A stretch of DNA of 64,000 nt from Lytechinus pictus (lineage: Eukaryota): contig NC_087249.1 in NCBI RefSeq assembly GCF_037042905.1, positions 3,534,001 through 3,598,000 on the forward strand, in the 5' to 3' direction. The position numbers and the translations under genes are program-made. Numbering within the stretch: position 1 is the first letter of the stretch; every line of letters starts with the position of its first letter. Shown piece after piece: positions 27,901-42,900 of this stretch. A model generated the notes under the pieces. It made no database searches and had not been told where the DNA came from. It was given only the letters and a program-made list of their open reading frames with translations.

Positions 27901-30900
27901 TTCAACGATTAAAGGGATAGAGCCTCGTCGATCTGGCGCTGCACAGCGGCTGCCGGGCCCACGATCAATTGGGCAAAGCACATTTTCGGAGCATTTCATT
28001 TCATGTCTATTTCGAACAATAAATTATGGATTTATCATTTATCATTATCATTATCATTAAGCGATATTGAATCCAAACATGTCTTCGTATTCTCATAATC
28101 TCTTTGCAGAAATTGAAAGAGGGGCGACCAAGTCAGCCATTGGACATCACTCCGATAGGCCATTTGGATGAGTTACTGACGGTGAGACTACTATTATTGC
28201 TGACTTACATTTAACACCCTAAAATATTCTCTGAAAATGTGAAACGTATAATAGATCTGTGCCACATCAATTTCTTAGTTTTTCATATTTTTTAAACACA
28301 TATTTAAAGCAAATCCTGAATTATACACTTCATGCCAACATGTTCTTTATCAATAATTCCATAAGCAAATCGGACACACTCTGCAAACATAAATAACGAT
28401 ATCATACTAGCAAGATTGTGATATTTCACATTGTCCAGTAATCGGAATATTTAAAGCTCCACAAGTCTATAATTATGGAAGCTCAATAATTAACGGTTCT
28501 TCTGGTTTACATCCAACAAACATGTGATGTAATTACGTGCAAACCAGAAAATGTCTTTATATTGAGTTTGACGAATTCGCTTTCTCGATCTTCTCTCGTC
28601 AGGGTCTTGCTCAATTGATGGATATCGATACTACCAACACCCAGACCTCAACCATTGTCGATAAGATGGAAGTTTCTTTCATCGACCTCAAAGACATGGT
28701 CAAGGTCAAAGATGACAAGATTCAGGTATATATACATCCAGCTCTATAGTCATGGACAAAACTCTCGTCTAATTAAATTCAGGCGTGGATCCTTTATTAT
28801 TTTCAGAGGGGGAGGGGCGGGTGGCACAGGGGCCAATATATATTCCTTTCGCACCATCAAAATACATTGTGATTCCCATTTTATAAGATGACCTCTACCT
28901 TCTTTGGTGATAGCTCCCTTTTCCTTTGGGGTTTGTCAGAAAATTGTAAATAAATCGAGAAACTATGTTTGTCACCCCTATTTCTGGATCTGCTCCTGAT
29001 ACGAGTAATATAATTCTTGTTTTGGTTTATTTTCAATTTTCTTATACTATATAGTAATACATAAAATGGTATATGTCACGTACTAAATCCTGTCAATGAT
29101 CAATTAAGTTGATTAATAAAGTTGATTAAAGTTGATTAAGTTGATTTATAAAGATATCCACTTGTATTTTTACCCGTACTCTATAGGATCTAGAACACCA
29201 ACTTCGAATCAAGTCAAATAAACACCACAATGACACGGAGATCCAGGTAAATACCCCTTCCCCCAACCCCCCCCCCGAGAGACTGGATTAAGGGAGTGGA
29301 TGAGAGAATGAAGGGAGCGTGACGTGAGAGAGGGAGAGGGAGAGAGCAAAGAGAGGGAAGGGGGCTGGGGGAAGGTAGTTAGCTAAAAAGATGGACAAAT
29401 AGATCAATCGATTAGATTTATTGGAGATTCGGAGGGAGGGTTTTAAGTGAAATAAAACTGCCAGAGTAAAAAATAAATAATCGAATTTTGAAATCAATGT
29501 CAATTTTTTCATTTCTCCTAGAATCTTTGTGATCGTGAAAAGACAAAGACCAAACGCATCGTTGAACTCCAAAACGAAATGGATGATTTGCAAACAAAGA
29601 ACCTCGACTTAGCCCTTGACCTACAGGTAAAATATTAACAAAAATCATAATTGATAATTTAATTACTGTAATGAAACATATTTTCATTAACAAAGAAACT
29701 AATGCTATGATATACATTAGTTTCTTTGTTTATTAATTCATTTTATGTGCATCAAACATATTTGTATGTGCTCCAAAACTTTTCTTTATAACATAGATAA
29801 TTGTTATTGTTGTTGAAAATAGTTCATTTGAGCAGTTGAACCCCAAGAAATTTATGAGAAGGTTTAAACATATAAAAAGCGAGTAGGAAATGAAGAGGGG
29901 ACGTCCCAGTGACCCTTTCGCATTTTTCTCAACAAAACTACGCGACGCTTGTGCTTTTCCCGGTTATGATTAATATTAGAATAAGCAAATAATTTCACTT
30001 AAATATAGAGCCTAATCAAAAGCATATCATTATCTGAATGTTTATAGGAAGCTCAAGATAAGCGTCAGACAGCAGAAAATCGAGTCTTTGAATTTGAGAA
30101 TAAGATTCGCCATCTCGAGGAAGACATCGAGAAGACGACGTCTGAAATTGAGGTATGACATAAAAACAACCTTCAAAACATTTTCTCAAATTTCATTTTC
30201 GTTTACCATAGTACATTAGTCAACACATATGATTCAAGAGTCATTTATTCCACTCAAAGGAGACAATATGTAAACGGTGCATTACAGAACTATAAATATA
30301 CACACATTTGAAAAATATATAAACATGGATTAGAAAGAAAAAACACAGAAATTAATGAAAAGTCATGTTAAATCTGAAAAGAATGAGACAGGTAAGTCAA
30401 TTGCAATATAGATTTTATTTATAAGGGTTGTAAGAAATTTGACAATCAATGGTTTTACTGAATGTAATCTTAATATTATTTGGAAGAATTTGTCATGTTG
30501 ACATTTTAACTTCTGAAGTACTGAGATTTAGTGAAATATCATGAAGGCTTTGAAGTTTGTTTTTAATTAAAAAGGTTCATGAGGTTCATAAGTTTTTGGT
30601 GGTATTTATTGTCCAAATGAATTAGTAATTAAATATATATTGTATAATGCATTGACTTAGAGCCGGTTTAGTTTTATTTCTCAAAGACCAGGCTTTACTG
30701 CAGCGCAATGGCGATGCTATAAATATATTTGCAATTTGTTATCACTTGAAATAAATCTAAAAATTGGCTTTAATAGCAACAGTTTCATTTTGTTTCCATA
30801 TATATTCTTAGGATTTACTGCAGCGTTACGAGGATGCTGGAGAGGTGGTTTTGGATCTTCAGAATAGTCTCGAGGAGGCTAAAACAAACAACGCATCTCT

Positions 30901-33900
30901 TGAGAAACAGATCAAGGTATGACATGCATTTTCTGGAAATTCTTAAGGACAAAGACATGGAATAAGATCATCTTCTCGCATTTCGCTTGAACTAATATCG
31001 TCGTTACGTGTACCTATATTAATGAATACAACCATCTCAACTTCTCTTTTTATTTTTCGCATATTATCAGTCTCAAAGGAAAATTTACATTTTTCTTCTT
31101 TCAATGTAGGATATCCAAACCAGAGAGTTTAAGAAAGATGAATACATCTTGACCTTAGAGAAAGATTTGGCAACTCTCAATCAGAAGATGGACTTGGATT
31201 CACCCTCTGAAGTAGGTGTTAAGGCATCAATAATGATGATGATTAATAATGAATATGGTGTTGGTTTGAATAATGACAATACAAAATTCTCCCCCCCATC
31301 CTACTAATTTATACCCAGTTCTTTTGTGTCGGGAAAATCAATTTAAAAAAGTCATTTGGAAAAAAATTACAAGCAAAGTTTAATCAGCTTTTAGTACAAA
31401 ATGTTAGGTAATATTATAAAGAACACAAAAAAAGATGATTACAACTATTGCATTAATATTTTTAGTGTAAACCAAAGACAAAAAAAGAAGGTTTCAAAAA
31501 TAAGTGTTCGGACATCNNNNNNNNNNNNNNNNNNNNNNNNNNNNNNNNNNNNNNNNNNNNNNNNNNNNNNNNNNNNNNNNNNNNNNNNNNNNNNNNNNNN
31601 NNNNNNNNNNNNNNNNNNNNNNNNNNNNNNNNNNNNNNNNNNNNNNNNNNNNNNNNNNNNNNNNNNNNNNNNNNNNNNNNNNNNNNNNNNNNNNNNNNNN
31701 NNNNNNNNNNNNNNNNNNNNNNNNNNNNNNNNNNNNNNNNNNNNNNNNNNNNNNNNNNNNNNNNNNNNNNNNNNNNNNNNNNNNNNNNNNNNNNNNNNNN
31801 NNNNNNNNNNNNNNNNNNNNNNNNNNNNNNNNNNNNNNNNNNNNNNNNNNNNNNNNNNNNNNNNNNNNNNNNNNNNNNNNNNNNNNNNNNNNNNNNNNNN
31901 NNNNNNNNNNNNNNNNNNNNNNNNNNNNNNNNNNNNNNNNNNNNNNNNNNNNNNNNNNNNNNNNNNNNNNNNNNNNNNNNNNNNNNNNNNNNNNNNNNNN
32001 NNNNNNNNNNNNNNNNNNNNNNNNNNNNNNNNNNNNNNNNNNNNNNNNNNNNNNNNNNNNNNNNNNNNNNNNNNNNNNNNNNNNNNNNNNNNNNNNNNNN
32101 NNNNNNNNNNNNNNNNNNNNNNNNNNNNNNNNNNNNNNNNNNNNNNNNNNNNNNNNNNNNNNNNNNNNNNNNNNNNNNNNNNNNNNNNNNNNNNNNNNNN
32201 NNNNNNNNNNNNNNNNNNNNNNNNNNNNNNNNNNNNNNNNNNNNNNNNNNNNNNNNNNNNNNNNNNNNNNNNNNNNNNNNNNNNNNNNNNNNNNNNNNNN
32301 NNNNNNNNNNNNNNNNNNNNNNNNNNNNNNNNNNNNNNNNNNNNNNNNNNNNNTATTATTCAATACGATTAGTAATGAAAATAAGAAAATAATAATAACT
32401 GTAATAATAAAATGGAGGAGATGATGATAATGATGCTTATCAATGACACTGGCGATAGTGATGCTGTTGCTACTGCTTCTGATGACGATGATAATGATGA
32501 CAATGATGGTGATAATAATTTTAAGATAAAATCCTGCCTTAAATCCTTAGGATGACTTCAGGACATCGAAGGCTAACCAGAATGCCCTGAAGCTGCAAAA
32601 GAAAGCATTTGACCAAGAACTTAAGGTAAATATATGTACAATGCGATACAATACAATACAATACAATACAATATAATGACCTCAATCCTTATAAATTGCA
32701 TCTACGCCTATGATTATTTGAACTTGTTGAGGAAGGTTTGTTATAATTAATTACATTTGCTCCAGTGTGTTCACAGGAAATAGCCTGAAACCTTTTACCT
32801 GACATATTGGCGTTCATGGGGACTTGGGGCCATGGCTCCACCGAAAAAAAAACTTTCACGAGAAAAGAAAAGGGAAATAGTGGAACATCATTCTATTTTT
32901 TTAATATTATGTCAAAACCTATCCTAAAATTACATTTTCGTACTAATTTTTTTTGGCTTCATTACCAAACTGACCCGATAGATATATCACTTCTTTTTAC
33001 CCCTCTTCAGAATATTCGTTCTAATGGACAGGAAAGAGATTACTATGTCTTGAAGTTGGAGCAGGATATTGAAAACATGCAGAAAGAGAAAGATGAGCTC
33101 TATCAAGAGATACAGGCAAGGCGTTTTTTGTATCATAAATCAAAAGTACATGATACAATATGTAAGTTTACTAGATATAAATTACAAAAGTGAGCAAAGC
33201 AAATTGCACAGTAAAACACGAACAATTAATTTAGCTGATATCGGCGTCCCATGAGGTGGTGGGGCAAGGCGGCGACCGCTCCCAATGACTATTAAAGTAG
33301 TGAAAAAAGGATGAGAAATGGAAGAAAGAAGAAGGAAGAGTACAAAAACAGAGTTATGGCCATGTAACTAAACAATATCCCTATATGATCTACAGGAGAA
33401 AATATGACGTCACCTTAAGGCTGTCTTGCCCCGCTATCAAATTATCGTGGCGCCGCTGAATGCAGCAATGCCAAAAAGCATATGAGCCAAAAAGAATGTC
33501 AATGATATACTCATGATACTAGTCATTTGTTTTCCAGAACTCGTTTTGGAAAGAACCCAAGATCAACGATCTCGAGGATAAACTGAATCAAGACATTGAA
33601 GACCTGAAGGAACAGAAGATAGAACTGGAGCTAAAGTTAAAGGTATTCAGATCTTGGTGGGAAAAAAGATGAATGGACAATGCATCTGGTTAAAGAAAAG
33701 TTAAAACCCTGAATTTCAGGATGTGAAAAAATAAATGATTTACTATAGTTTACAGAAAATTATATAAACATGGTCATAACAGAAATAATTGCAGTGAAGA
33801 AACTAACGACAGTAGTAGTGTAGTAGAAGTAGTAGTTTTGGTAGTAGTTATATTGGTAGTAGTAGTATTAGTTGTAAGAAGTAGTAGAAGTAGTTGTAGT

Positions 33901-36900
33901 AGTTTTGGTAGTAGTTGTAGTAGTAGTAGTAGTAGCAGCAGAAGTAGTAGAAGTAGTAGTAGTAGAAGTAGCAGTAGTATTAGTTGAAGTAATAGAAGAA
34001 AAAAGAAGAAGAAGGAGAAGGAATATAAATAGAAATAGTAATACATGTGTAAGAAGGTAGATTGTAGTATTAAAATGTTTTCCTCTCTGTTTAATTGATT
34101 GTTGAAAATTGTTTGAATTATCCCCCCCAAAAAAAAAAAAAAAAATCGAAGCTTTGTATACACGAGTTACAAGTGTTAAGAAAAAAAAAGAAAAAAAAAT
34201 CCTCATCTTTCAACTTCCTTCCAACTTTATACATCAATATAGGACGCCATATCCAGAGCAGATCAAGAACTATATGAATCGAATTCAAAGGTTTCTGAAG
34301 TACAGGCTCAAAAGATCGAACTGGGCTCAAAACTCAAGGTAAATTGTCTAGGGATATTTACAATTAAGCTATCAAATTATATTTGTTATTGAAGTACAAT
34401 AATTCAACTTGATAGTCATTATAGTTTGTACATATAGGTTTATGTTTTATAACCATTTACTATATAGTTTTATATATCTCATTAACCTATATAACCATTG
34501 TTTATTCTTCCGGAATTGCTAGGAGTTAGAGAGAAAGAATGCTGAAACCACAGACCGTCTTCTTGATTTGGAAAAAGAATTCGCAGACTTAGAGAGTCAG
34601 AGGAATGAAAAGGATGAAGAAAATAAGGTTAAAAAAAACTTTGTTCATTTTTATTAATTAATTTATTATTTTTGAGGAGTCTTTAGAAAAATCTAATAAT
34701 CACTCTTATCGTTAACCTGTAAAATTTAATTACCTACCGAACTTGAGCGTATGACATACCTGAAAAAAACACGAAGTGATGGATGTAGATTACATACTCG
34801 TTTATAATTACAGCGTCTTTCTGATGAGATATCACAGCGAGATACCAATATCAAACAACTGATAGCAGAGAATCAACAGCTTCTGTCTAACTCTCAGGTA
34901 ATTCATCTTTATCTTTACTTATAGAAAGTCACTATTTTTTTTTTCATTTGTCATTCCATTTGTACTATTTAATTTTCGATGATATTTAATTGATTCGATG
35001 ATTATTTTTACTTATTTGAAAACATAAATATATATACAGAAGAAGAAGAAATGTCACATTAGTATTTTAGATCAGGAAAGCATTGAAAAGAACATTATGA
35101 ACCCATAGCCATATATTATCAATATAAATTTTAAAGGAATTGAAGGAAAGCTGTTCAACAATGAGTCAAGAAAAGGACCGCCTTGAAACTCTTGTCGCCA
35201 ACTTGACTCAGAGAACGGATTGCCTTACAACACAACTCGAAACAGCAGCCCAAGATATTCAGGTAACAAAATATCAATCAGTCCTAAGCAAACATACATA
35301 TACAATAAGCAATTACACGGCACGTTAAAATGTGCCGTGTAATTCTTAAAATTCTAAGACATTTTTCCAACTTTCTTTTAGTTGCCACTTCAAGACCTTA
35401 GAAAATATATTTGATATAGACCTACATTTATATATATAAAAACAGGTGTAAAATGTCAAATCCCAATCTATACACACAAATTAAAAATCTGACTAAAGAC
35501 ATTGTATTTTTTGAAGGAATTTAAGGATCAGTCTCTATCCATTATTGAAGAGGGAAAGATACATCAGACTAATGCCCAACAATTAAGCGAGGAAAACTCA
35601 TATCTCTCAAAACAAGTTGACGAATTAAAGAAAAAGTGCAAGGTATGTACCAATGGAAAATATAATCATTAAAAAATGATAATTGATGAATCAGAAAATT
35701 AAAAAATAGACAGATATGATAATATATTAAACAGCATACATGTACACCGTTAAATTGATTAGTGAATGAAAGAATTAATAAATCAGCAACTTTAGCAATA
35801 AATACATTGTTCAGTTATTGCCATAACATGATTACAGAAATAGCATAAAATAAATCTCCGACACAAATGCTATAGTACTAAAAAGAAATTATTAAAGTTA
35901 TGATTAAACGTTTATTTACCTCTTAAATAAACGTAAAATTCAAAGAGATGGGTAATGTTTCTCTTTTGGATGTCACTTTATAGGAAGAAGTAAAACACAA
36001 TTTTTCAACATTTTTTTAAATTTCTGTATCTCGTATGCAGCTTGTTGTCCTTAGTTTTTTTTCTCTACTTTCTTTTTTTGTCAACCTCCCTTTCCTCTGC
36101 TCCTCCTTATTCATATTCTCCCCTCTTTTTTAATGAAAGGAATTGGAAGAGAGGCTTTTTGAAAGAGAAGAAAAGGACCAGCATCAGAATGAGGAACTTT
36201 CGATTGAAATAAAGAAAACTCAGCAACAATATCAGGTATTATTATGAAAATATTCATGATTAGAAACCACTGTATATCTTTCAGGTATTAGTTGCAATAT
36301 TTATTGTTTAGAAATCAACACTTTGAATGGTCACTAAACTACTCTAAAATTAATTTTAAACTAATAATCCCATTGGGAGCTTAAGCTGTAATTAAGTTAC
36401 GTTTTGTTTAGAATAAAGTTATAGAAAGCAGCCTGCGTCAGGTGCCCATTCATACATGATAGTGCCGTTCTTGGTGTGATTTAGTAAAATGTTATTTGAC
36501 TCACTGAAACTTTTGTAACTTTATAATAGAGATATTTACAACATACTCATTTTTTTAGGACTTGAAGGAGAGATTCCAATCTAAGATTGATGAGGTGACG
36601 AAAACTCGCAAAGAATTAACGGAGAGATCAGCTAAAGAAAAGCGTGACGTACTCACTGAACTTTCAGAAGCTCGAAAACAACTGGAGGTATTAACTCCAA
36701 TATTAATTTTCAGTGTCAACTGTTACAAGCTACATGTATGACAAACTGATTTAGAAAGTCAATGTAAGATGAACCTTATTTCATTGATCACTGCGATTAA
36801 GATAATTTCCATGCATTGATATTATTTGATTTCTACTTTATCTTTTTTATTTGGTAAAAGTGGTAAAGATCATAAGGATTCCAAACTATAACACGATACG

Positions 36901-39900
36901 ACACAAAGGTAAATGACCGTCATCACCATCACCACCATCACCATCACCATCACCACCATCACCACCACCAAAACAACAACAATAAACAGCAAACCTGTCA
37001 AGTTAAGACGACGAATGTAATGTTGCATACAACCGCCACACATTATCCCTTGTTCTTTCCCCTCTCGGTCATCTTCTCTTACTTCGTTACTATAGATACA
37101 AATTCTTTTTAATATTAAGCATCTCTCTTCTTACCCAAGCCTGTCTTCCATCCCTAAATTTGTTTTCAAAATTGAAACTTATCGACAGGCATTCCAAGAG
37201 AAATCTAAACGTTTCCAGAAAATGAGCGACGATTTGGGAGAGAAGAATTACAGCTTATCGACTGAAATCGCAACTGCTATAACAGACAACAAGGTAAATA
37301 TTGAATTAATCATGTTAATGATAAAATTATAGTAGAGCATAATTATTGTATTGTTCATATATGTATTAGCTACTTATTATTTTCTATAAACTATAGTCAT
37401 TCCATGAAGGGGAATTTCAATAGTCGTCTTTCCAAAATGAAAAAGAAAAGAAAGGAGAGAGAAAACAAAATATAGTCCGAACAACGTTTGTCTTGTTCTA
37501 TTAATTAAAATAAGGCTTTTGTTAAAATGGTATTCTCATTACATTTTAAGTTTTATCCTGATATTGTTACTTCATGGATACAGTTGCCATTTTTTTTTGT
37601 AGCCAATGAAGCACACTGTTTTCTGTAATGCATGTTATACCTCTTTGAACCTAGTATGTGTTTGAAAAATCCTAGGTGGATGAATGAGATCTCCGACTTA
37701 TCTGTTTGAAATTATTCACTTGCTTGTTCCGACAGGCACTGAAGGATGAATTGAAGACATCTAAAGATAATAGCGAGAAGGCAATCAAAATTCTGAAGGA
37801 GAAAAATGACGCAATTTTGTCTGAACTCGCTGCTGTTAACGAGAAGTGCAAGGTAGAACATTGCGTATTTTGGATTGAAACAAAAAGCTGAATATCTTTG
37901 AATCCAAATCATAAACATAACAGTTTAGTTAAATGATGATAATCTTTGCTTCGCGGAAATAAGTAATAAGGAATTCTCAGCTTAAATAACTGATGATAAT
38001 TCCCGGGTAAATACTTTGCTATACAAGTCAATGCTTATACCATTAGTATTCAGTCTGAAATCGTGGCATTTTATCTACTTCTCCTGTATCTGCATGTTTC
38101 GAATATCATCCTTACGTAAAAACTACAATAACGATGGAAACATCCATAGAATAGAAATTGTATATAACGTTGACTGAATTATTTGAGAGCTCAGTTCATA
38201 TCAAAACACAGACATCTAAAACAAAGTGTATTCAGATGCATGTATTTTGATTGAGTTTACCCCTGTATGCATATCGATAACAAGTTACTGAAGGATAAAG
38301 GTTTATACTCAAAGTCGTATCATACTATTGTTACCGGGGTGACTTTCGAGCAAACTGGGCTGCTAAGTATATAAATTCCACCTTTTCCAATAGAATCATT
38401 TTATATTATTTATCCTCGCGAACAGGACCTACAGGAGAATGTTGATGATTTACAGGAAGAAAATAAGAACTTGGTTCAGGAAACAATTGCATCACAGGGA
38501 GGAAAGAATAAAGAGGTATATGACGAGCTGATAAAGACCTACCAAGAATGCAAGGTAAATAGATTGGTTTTGTCTAAAACGAAACAGTGCAATCAGAAAC
38601 ATGTGGGGGTTGTCATGGTTAATCCAAACCACAGAACAACATTACAAACGATTCCTTATGTAAACGAATGAAATCCTGAATAAAACCGGTATTATTTTGG
38701 AAATAGAAATAAAAGCAACAAAGAAATCTGATCCTGGTGAACATTAAGAATAGTATTAGTAAGCTTCTCATTACTAAATGACTAATGCCAATGCTGATTT
38801 AAATCAGTGTTGAATATTGAATATCTTTAGTTATTTGACACTGATAGGAGAAATTATCCTTGTTCCTTTTGATTTCCCTTTTTCCAGGAAAGGGGTGAAG
38901 AGTTGGAAAGAGAAAGGGAGGAGTTCCAGGAAAACGTTGCTAAATGGGAGAAAGAAAAGGCCAATTTCTTGAAGCAGCTTGAAGCACGACAAATTGACAG
39001 CAAGGTAATTGATATTGACGATTTTGCAAGTTCCAAATTAATTGTAGCACGACTCTCCAATTTTTTTGATGTCCAATATCATATTTTTAAGAAAATCACT
39101 ACATTTATCTAACTGGGAAGGTAAATCTATCGAGTGATTTCCCGTCTAAATCAACCTGAAAATATAGCCGTCGCGTCAGTATAAGGGGAAATTTCATACA
39201 TTGTAATGACAATTTGAGAAATAATTTACCCACTGCAGTACTATACTCAAAATGATGATTCCAATGATTCTCTTTCGGAGCATTGTTTCCTGAAGTAAAT
39301 CCAATCAAACGGTAAATTGAAAATTTAATCAGATTATTTTCTAATAGCCACTTTGGAAAAAGTATAGGTTTATAAGCATGGTAACCGAGAAAATACGTAA
39401 AGGAATGTAAACTTTTACTTATATACAGGACAGCAATATCAGCAGCCCGAAGATTTCAGGCACCTCGGCTAAACTTCATGAGAGAATTACAGACCTTCAG
39501 AAAGAAAAATTAGATCTTGAAGAAAAACTACAGACTTCAGCTAAGGAGCTCAGGGTAAGTGACAATAAAATCTTAATCATCCTGGTAAAAAGTTCTGGAT
39601 AAAACACGAAATATCTTAATCTTATAAAGTATGCATTCGAAACTTGTGTTATTTTAAAGTGCCTATAACAGATGACAACTTTATTTTTTTGAAAACATGT
39701 TTCATATAACAAAAAAAAAAAGAGATGATGACTTCTTAAAAAAACCTTATATTTCTCTCCTATCTTCTCCCCCTTGATCAATTTTGTTATTTTCTAACAC
39801 CCCTTTCTCCTGTCCCATCATTAGCATCCTTATGTTTATAGTTAATATGATATGTGACTAGACCTAAGTTAAATATGGCCTCTGGATGGAATGATTATTT

Positions 39901-42900
39901 TCTCCTTTCTGATTCAACTACCCCCCCCCCTTTCTCCTTCAATATTCTTTTAGGCATTGGAAGGAGATCTCAATTCCGTAAAGACAGAAAGCGAAAAGCG
40001 AGTTTCAGAGTTACAGGAAGAAAATGATTTTATGATTTGTGAAATTGCATCTCTTCGCGACCTTTGCGTTGTAAGTAGCAAATAATTTTCCTGATATTCT
40101 ATTTATACACCATTTTTAATTTAAAAAAATGTTATCTCATTTATCTATCCAAAGAAGCTCTTTTGAGCCAATTTACAGGTATAGAAATCACGCCTTACAA
40201 TATTCTTATATTTATGATGTTTGTCCCCTCTCTCCCTAAGTGATGAAAATATTAACTAATTTATTCGCTGTTAGTGGAATTTAAGAAAGAAAAACACCAA
40301 ATACAATCAAAGTTGACCACACTGTATTCAGCAAGAGTAATTTAACAGCTCAATAAAAATTTCTTTAAAATGAATATAGCGAGAAAAAGAAAGAAACCTG
40401 AATAATATTATCGCTGATGCTAATAACAGCGCTTCGTTTATTTAGATAAAACGTTCGAGAAAAATGCCCTTAACAAAACTTTGGAACACTCATCTTTCAG
40501 GAATCGGAAGAGTCGATGGAATCTATGGCAGAAAGGAATGACCAACTGAAGCGAGTTTTGAGTCTTACCCAGGAAGAAAAAGACGATGATCTCTTGCATG
40601 AATTGGAGAAAAGTTTTCTACGATGCCAGGTGAAAAAGAACAAAAAGGAACATTTCAGATGAAAAAAATACTTGCATGAGTTTCATCATATTTAAAAGGG
40701 GTGTCAATGTGATATTAATACGAAGTTTTAATAAATGTAGCAAAATGACAACGGATAATAGGAGCGTTCTAGCATCATGAATCATCGTATTTTGTCGTAT
40801 GAGAATTTTTCACATCTTACTAATTTCTCTGAATTTTACATTAGGTGAGAAGCACAGATGTCTGACTTTTATTATAGTGATTGTTGAATGGCTGATTGAA
40901 ACATCCAACAAGTCCTTTCATGAAACAAAAACAAAAACACTCCCCATGCAAGTCATTTTCAGCTTCCACACAATAGTCATATTTAATAGACATATGGATC
41001 GATTAATGATTGACACGTTTCCCCTTTTCTGTTATTAAAATTAATGACTGATTAAAAGAGATGAAAATAATTAAAAATTTATATTTTTAAGGCATCTGAA
41101 GAATTATTCTTATAGAACTAATCTATATATATCTTTTTTTTCTTTCAGGATCTGGAAGATACATTGAAGCATGTGCAACTGGAATCGAAAGAAGCATCGA
41201 ATGTATGGAATCAAGAAAAGAAATGTCTCGTAGATCAACTCCAAGACCTACAACTTTCACCTAAGGTACGACAATCCACTGATATTCGTTACCACAAAGT
41301 AAAGTTTATTTACTTTTATGAGCATTTGTCTTTCTATCAAACAGTAGATTCAAGGTTGGTATCTGCTCCACAATCTTCCACCGACTTCCATTATTTTATT
41401 AAGAGTCCAAGACTTGTTGAGTAGGAAGCTTTCCCCTGATACCCCTTAGCACAGGCAGGTCTTTCAGAATGTTAGGACTCTCCCCTTGCCCGCTAGCTTT
41501 TCTCTCCAGTCCTGTAATTTAGATATTGATGTGTTGGGCAGCTTGGGCTTCATGTCCAAAGGTTCTATTGCTAATCAAAATATAAGCTCCTGAAACCAAC
41601 GTTGTCATGGTTGTGTTGGTCATGTAAGGTGATCCACAATTTGAAGTAAATAAGAAAGATTTTGTAATCAGTTATTTACCAGGATGAAGGTACCGTCTAA
41701 TAAGCAGTACATTCACATGTTTTAGGAGATGGGTTCCAGACCGGTTCAGGATTTAGGAGCTACCAACATGTTTCAAGAACAAATCTCTCAGTTCCAACAA
41801 GATAGGGAAGGATTAAAGGAAAAACTTCGAGAAGCAGAGAAAGAAAGCGCGGTAAAATTATTACCTTATTGTAATTTAGACATACTAAAGTAACACTAAC
41901 ATCATACAGTGTACTTTTAAACAAGTTTAACATAATGATTCTCTATAGTTTTCTGAAGAAATTTTGATAGGTTTAACGAATATATTGAATAACTCTTTGA
42001 AATCATAAATTTCAAGGCATCGCCGATGTGCGAATAATTAAAGAATTTAATGAACTATGTTTGTAGCATTCAACTTATTTTAGAGATTTTTAAACTCTAA
42101 CATCACTAACGTACACGAAGACTTTTAATTACTGCTTGATATTAAATTAATAAAAATGGTTATCACTTTACTTATCACTTAGGAACTTCGAGAGGAGTCG
42201 GCCTTTGAGATCCAAGAGCTACGTGAAACCTCTTGCAAATTGGAAAAAGAAAATACCGATCTCTTTAAAAGTCTTGGGCGCTGTCAAACCGAATGCAAGG
42301 TATGAGCTATTTTATTTATACTGTATTTATCTACGATAAGATGCAGTCTCGATTTACACTTTATTTATATACCATTCTTTTAAAAGCAAATTTTATGTAT
42401 AAATATCTTTTTATACAGGACCAAGATAAAAAAACAGTATCCTGATCTTTTTATCCTGTTTAAATATATGGGAACAAAAAAATAAAATAAACATAGAGAT
42501 GCTACATTAATCAAGACAATAGCTCACTTACAAATGTACCGATAATAAATCAATAGCAATGATATCGATAATCAGGATAATTCTAATTTTCAAGAGAAGA
42601 TCTATTTCATTATTTTGATTAAAATATTTATATCTATTTTATTCTGTTTCGTGTATGTGATATTTACATTGGTACACGATGCTCGTATACCCATCTGCAT
42701 AGTATTATATTAATTCCTAAGCTGAAAATGGTTGAATTAATTTGAATTCCAAGACAAATGTGTCATTTTCAGGAGGCCAAATCTAGGGCAGACGAGATGC
42801 ACGCTGCTACTGTAGAGCTTCAGGAAGAGATCGGAAAACTTCAAAATGAAAGGAAAGAGCTGAATGAAATACTGCAGAATTCTTCCCGAAAGCAGGAGGT

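Noticed and set aside
31401-32424. Three ~300-aa ORFs in the ORF track
   Set aside because: Artefacts of translating the N gap.
33774-34206. Poly-Leu and poly-Thr ORFs resembling a membrane or mucin protein
   Set aside because: Translations of an intronic (AGT)n microsatellite.
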